64,000 nucleotides of DNA, from the NCBI GenBank assembly GCA_000002445.1, contig CP000071.1, forward strand, positions 1,504,001 through 1,568,000, given 5' to 3'. Shown one piece after another: positions 60,714-64,000 of this stretch (the stretch's first letter is position 1; each line of letters opens with the position of its first letter). The notes under the pieces are model-generated. The model was given only the letters and a program-made list of their open reading frames with translations. It searched no databases and was not told where the DNA came from. The position numbers and the translations under genes were made by a program. The stretch comes from Trypanosoma brucei. Taxonomy: Eukaryota.

Positions 60714-63700
60714 ATGGATCCGCACCCAACGCCACTGAATCCCGATGCCACATGGGATGACAATGGCTTACTATTTACGCTCCTGATGGGTGCTTTTGCA
60801 TTTATAGGACTCGGTGCCGTTAGTGCTTTCACAGTGTATGCACCATCGATGTGGTTGCGCCGTGTCTTTCGGTTAAATCATACTGCTGTTGTTCTTGTTG
60901 AGGAAGAGCCCCTTGGTGGTGATGTGGAGACACTCCAGGCTCCCGATGACAAGGAACCGCGATATCGGAGAGTTGGATGTGCTCTTCCTTATCCATGCTC
61001 ACTGTTCGTTTTACCCAGTTGGAAGTGCTGGCTGAGTGTAGAGGAAGAGGTGGAGGGTCTGGAAAATGTTTTTAAACCTTTAGTCGATTCAGAAAGTGGT
61101 AACCCCGCGGGTATCGGCGACAACGCAGACGACAGGGGAAGCGCAGTGGGTGATGATGATGAGACGGCTCCACTTACTCGGGACCACATTTCCAGTGAGT
61201 ACCCGGCCACAGTTGAGGTTGACATAGAGGGTGTTTCCTCTGGAAGTCCAGTAGGCAACGTGCCGTCCCGGACGAATGGCGCACCAAAAACACCATTGGA
61301 CCCGCATGTTGCAGTCTACCTGTACTTCCTGAAGTTGTTCTCGACCGTGTTTATCCTAGGTTCTTGCATCAATTTGTGGATCTGTGTCCTGGCGGGAACA
61401 GACGATTATCGGGAGAAGAGTATGGTAAGCATGGATGAGAAGCATTGTGGTGCGCAAGGGAGTAACAGAACTGGGTGCATGGAACTCATGCCGTACTGCC
61501 ACTACACGGATGCAGACACCTGCGTTCCTGTGCCCCTTCACGGTATTTATGATCTGACAGTGAGGAACATTACACCGAACAGCTGGCGTTTGTGGTTTGT
61601 AGCTCTCCTTGATATGGCGTTTTGTTTGTTTTTTATTGCGGCCATCGTCTATTACCTCCGGAAGGTGGATAAATATGTTGAAACAGTGATGCGACACCAG
61701 ATGGAGTGCGCAGTTGGCCATCGAGTAGCGATTGTTGGCGGGTTAAAAGGGAGGGTATTAACGGAGGCGGCGTTTCGGCGACGTTATCTTCAGGAGGACT
61801 CGTACTTTGGCCCAAACAGGCGTGGCGTGAATACCTTTCGCTATCCAGTCGCTGTCGCAAATGCGCTCATGGGTGGAACACTGAGCGTTGATGACGGTGA
61901 TACGTATCATCAGTATGATTGTGGCGGATTGAGTTGTATCTTTTCGTCTTGTTTTTTCACTCGGTACAAAACAACACGGTCAAACGCCGTTTTCCTGCAA
62001 GATGGGAGCGTTCGGCGCATGCTATTCCCACGTGACCCACCACCCGGTATGTACACCTATATGGACAAAACTGAGGAAGCGATGGAGGGCCTGCAGGAGG
62101 CCGTCGCCGATTACAAGGTTTTTCACAAGTTAGCGAATCACGTGAGTTACAAGAAGCGGCAGGAGTTGCACAAAAAACTGCTTCTCGTGCGTGCTTCTTT
62201 CCCGTTCTGTTTCAGCATGATATCCAAAGTTGACTACTGGAAAAAGGCCTTCATTGAGCGGGCAACAAAGCTGAATCGTTTTGTAGATGAGGTACCTGCT
62301 AGGAAACCTAAGGGGATTGCTTATGTTGTGTTTGACAATTCACTCGCAGCCTACGAGTTTGTAAACCTTTTTTACGCCCAGCACAGAGGAGCTTCAGGCA
62401 CATGGGCGGCCATTGCAGGCCCCTCTAATGGCATAATCGAAATGAACATCACAACGAACCGACAAGTGGGCTGGGTGCGGCGTATTGTGGTCGCTGTGAT
62501 ATATATTTTAATGTTGCTGTTTTGGTCTGTCCCTGTCGGTTTTCTGAGTTCCATTGACAATATTTCCAAAATCCCCGGAATGGGATGGCTCTCTCGAGAT
62601 TCTTCCAAGTTGCCTGAAAATGTCCGAAGTGCTATCGCAGCTCTTCTACCGGTTGGTGTGCTCGCGTTGTTTAACATAGCACTCCCTTATATTGTCCGCA
62701 TTCTTGCCATTGCCATGGGGGTAATAAACATGTACGAGCGTGAGGAGTGTGCATTACACCTACAGTACCTTTTCATGGTCCTTACTGGTGTCATATTTCA
62801 GGCTCCGCTTCAAAACGGCATGGAAGAGTTGAACCGCTTGATTACAGAAATATCGCGCGATAGCATTGCAAAGCTTTTCGTAACTTTTGTAACTCCGGAG
62901 GGAGGTTATTGGTACACGAAGGTTGTTATGGGCTTGTGTGTATCCACATGGGTTGCATTTCTCAACCCTGGGACGCTGACTCTGGTTGTGCTGCAGCACA
63001 AGCTGGCGAATGTGCAGCGTGTGTACAACGAACTCTTTGGTCCTTGTCTGTTCGAGTGGCCGCACCTGTACAGCTTCGATCTTTCCCTATTAGCCATGGG
63101 GCTTCTCTTCCACATGACTGTTCCGTTGCTTTCGTTTTTTGTTGGCATCTACTTCGTTGTGCGCTACTTTACGCAGCGTGGCATGCTGTACGACCGTTAC
63201 CGCCCTGAAAATCATCCGCGTCAGGACTGTACCCCATTCGGTGCGGCAGGAATGGTTATTCGTGCAGCTTGTTGGTTGTATTGCTTAGGCGCAGTTGGCG
63301 GGGTGTTGTTCATGAACGAATTGGATCATTTGGGTGGACTACTCATTTGTTCTGTTTCGTTTACCCTGAGTGTGATCCTGTTGGCCTACACACACATCAC
63401 AACTCGTCGATGGATCGCTACCTTACCTAATGCACGGAGACTCCTCAGGAACAGAGTACCTCGCTCAGTCCAAACGCAGTATGGCACCTCCCGCAGCGCC
63501 GACAATGTGGTGGCCCCTAAGTTACCTAACCCCAAACCACCAGCACGTGCAGAAGAAGAACGCAGGGAGGCTGATAGCGCCGTCACTTTCCAGGGAGCAA
63601 CATTGCCTGTTGTGCCAAGAAAACAGTATTCCATGGAAACGTTGGACTTGGGCTTCGACGGCGTCGCGGGTCCGACACATTGCGCGCCAACGACGTCACT

Positions 63701-64000
63701 CCTCTGGCAAAGCCGAGGGATGCAAAGCTCCCCGGTAGGTTCAGTTTGTAACCTCCAAGACCCTGACGGTACCGAAATGGAAGGTGTGGTTGAGTGGGAT
63801 GCCGCACCTGATGCGGAAGACGATATGCTTTATCACAGAATGTCCCTATTGCCACACAATCCTAATGTGGATTCCCGCTACAATCCCAGACACCAGCAGC
63901 TTCAGCGCATAAACATCACACGTGAGATTGAGCGGTTAGAGGAAACCATATTCCATGTGGAACGTTACTGGGACGCTCCGTACTCAGAAGTCAACCCGGA
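60714..64000 (+). CDS. OSCA/TMEM63/CSC1-like (DUF221) multi-pass membrane protein, 3'-truncated at the window edge (over 1095 aa). It is absent from the supplied ORF track because no stop codon is reached.
   Basis: Frame-0 ORF starting at ATG 60714 (MDPHPTPLNPDATWDDNGLLFTLLMGAFAFIGLG...). I read it codon by codon to the end of the window and found no stop. It has N-terminal TM helices, a cytosolic segment ARKPKGIAYVVFDNSLAAYEFVNLF resembling the OSCA RRM-like domain (compare TAFVTF), then a 7-TM block IAALLPVGVLALFNIALPYIVRILAIAMGVINMYEREECALHLQYLFMVLTGVIFQ resembling the RSN1_7TM signature. Confidence 0.6.
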   Translation, partial: MDPHPTPLNPDATWDDNGLLFTLLMGAFAFIGLGAVSAFTVYAPSMWLRRVFRLNHTAVVLVEEEPLGGDVETLQAPDDKEPRYRRVGCALPYPCSLFVLPSWKCWLSVEEEVEGLENVFKPLVDSESGNPAGIGDNADDRGSAVGDDDETAPLTRDHISSEYPATVEVDIEGVSSGSPVGNVPSRTNGAPKTPLDPHVAVYLYFLKLFSTVFILGSCINLWICVLAGTDDYREKSMVSMDEKHCGAQGSNRTGCMELMPYCHYTDADTCVPVPLHGIYDLTVRNITPNSWRLWFVALLDMAFCLFFIAAIVYYLRKVDKYVETVMRHQMECAVGHRVAIVGGLKGRVLTEAAFRRRYLQEDSYFGPNRRGVNTFRYPVAVANALMGGTLSVDDGDTYHQYDCGGLSCIFSSCFFTRYKTTRSNAVFLQDGSVRRMLFPRDPPPGMYTYMDKTEEAMEGLQEAVADYKVFHKLANHVSYKKRQELHKKLLLVRASFPFCFSMISKVDYWKKAFIERATKLNRFVDEVPARKPKGIAYVVFDNSLAAYEFVNLFYAQHRGASGTWAAIAGPSNGIIEMNITTNRQVGWVRRIVVAVIYILMLLFWSVPVGFLSSIDNISKIPGMGWLSRDSSKLPENVRSAIAALLPVGVLALFNIALPYIVRILAIAMGVINMYEREECALHLQYLFMVLTGVIFQAPLQNGMEELNRLITEISRDSIAKLFVTFVTPEGGYWYTKVVMGLCVSTWVAFLNPGTLTLVVLQHKLANVQRVYNELFGPCLFEWPHLYSFDLSLLAMGLLFHMTVPLLSFFVGIYFVVRYFTQRGMLYDRYRPENHPRQDCTPFGAAGMVIRAACWLYCLGAVGGVLFMNELDHLGGLLICSVSFTLSVILLAYTHITTRRWIATLPNARRLLRNRVPRSVQTQYGTSRSADNVVAPKLPNPKPPARAEEERREADSAVTFQGATLPVVPRKQYSMETLDLGFDGVAGPTHCAPTTSLLWQSRGMQSSPVGSVCNLQDPDGTEMEGVVEWDAAPDAEDDMLYHRMSLLPHNPNVDSRYNPRHQQLQRINITREIERLEETIFHVERYWDAPYSEVNP

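Noticed and set aside
1-64000. Prokaryotic-style systems (operons with RBS, CRISPR arrays, defence islands, integrases or transposases)
   Set aside because: Every gene is long and on a single strand, with no introns and no Shine-Dalgarno spacing. Each is separated from its neighbours by polypyrimidine-AG trans-splice signals, and the spacers are microsatellite-rich. Together with the AxxCH cytochrome c this points to kinetoplastid nuclear DNA, not a bacterial or phage locus. No direct-repeat/spacer arrays or mobile-element ORFs are present.

Overview
This window reads as nuclear DNA from a kinetoplastid. It most likely comes from a Trypanosoma brucei-group chromosome, and the gene order (RNA polymerase I largest subunit, then cytochrome c with an AAQCH haem motif, then an LSm2-like gene) resembles what I recall for T. 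brucei chromosome 8. That assignment is from memory and should be confirmed by BLAST.

All 16 supportable protein-coding genes are on the + strand. Together they form one unidirectional polycistronic unit with no introns. Each gene is preceded by a polypyrimidine tract and an AG, the usual trans-splice acceptor arrangement. There is no prokaryotic architecture, CRISPR array, rRNA or tRNA, or intact mobile element. The supplied ORF track counts TTG and GTG as start codons, so I give first-ATG coordinates where they differ.

Gene content, in order:
- RNA polymerase I largest subunit, C-terminal 1358 aa, with a large acidic Ser/Gly-rich insertion.
- A 2881-aa hypothetical giant protein.
- A leucine-rich-repeat protein with a Ser-rich N-terminus.
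- Mitochondrial cytochrome c with the kinetoplastid single-cysteine haem motif, sitting inside about 7.5 kb of AT-rich, microsatellite-rich non-coding sequence.
- A 578-aa hypothetical protein whose C-terminal domain looks beta-rich.
- A diacylglycerol-kinase-like lipid kinase.
- A 95-aa single-pass membrane ORF with good splice signals.
- A 1209-aa hypothetical protein with an N-terminal MGxCxS dual-acylation motif.
- A 1195-aa protein with IQ-like motifs and a coiled coil.
- An Sm-like (LSm2-type) protein.
- A 256-aa hypothetical protein.
- A 1788-aa hypothetical protein.
- A cullin.
- A predicted mitochondrial protein with four degenerate dsRBD-like repeats.
- A divergent cyclophilin.
- A 3'-truncated OSCA/TMEM63 (DUF221)-like membrane protein.

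The most interesting leads are the multi-dsRBD mitochondrial protein, the small unlisted membrane ORF, the long low-complexity flanks of the cytochrome c gene including a 24-25-bp inverted repeat, and the candidate beta-barrel and acylated proteins. All functional calls come from motifs read by eye and need HMM or BLAST confirmation.
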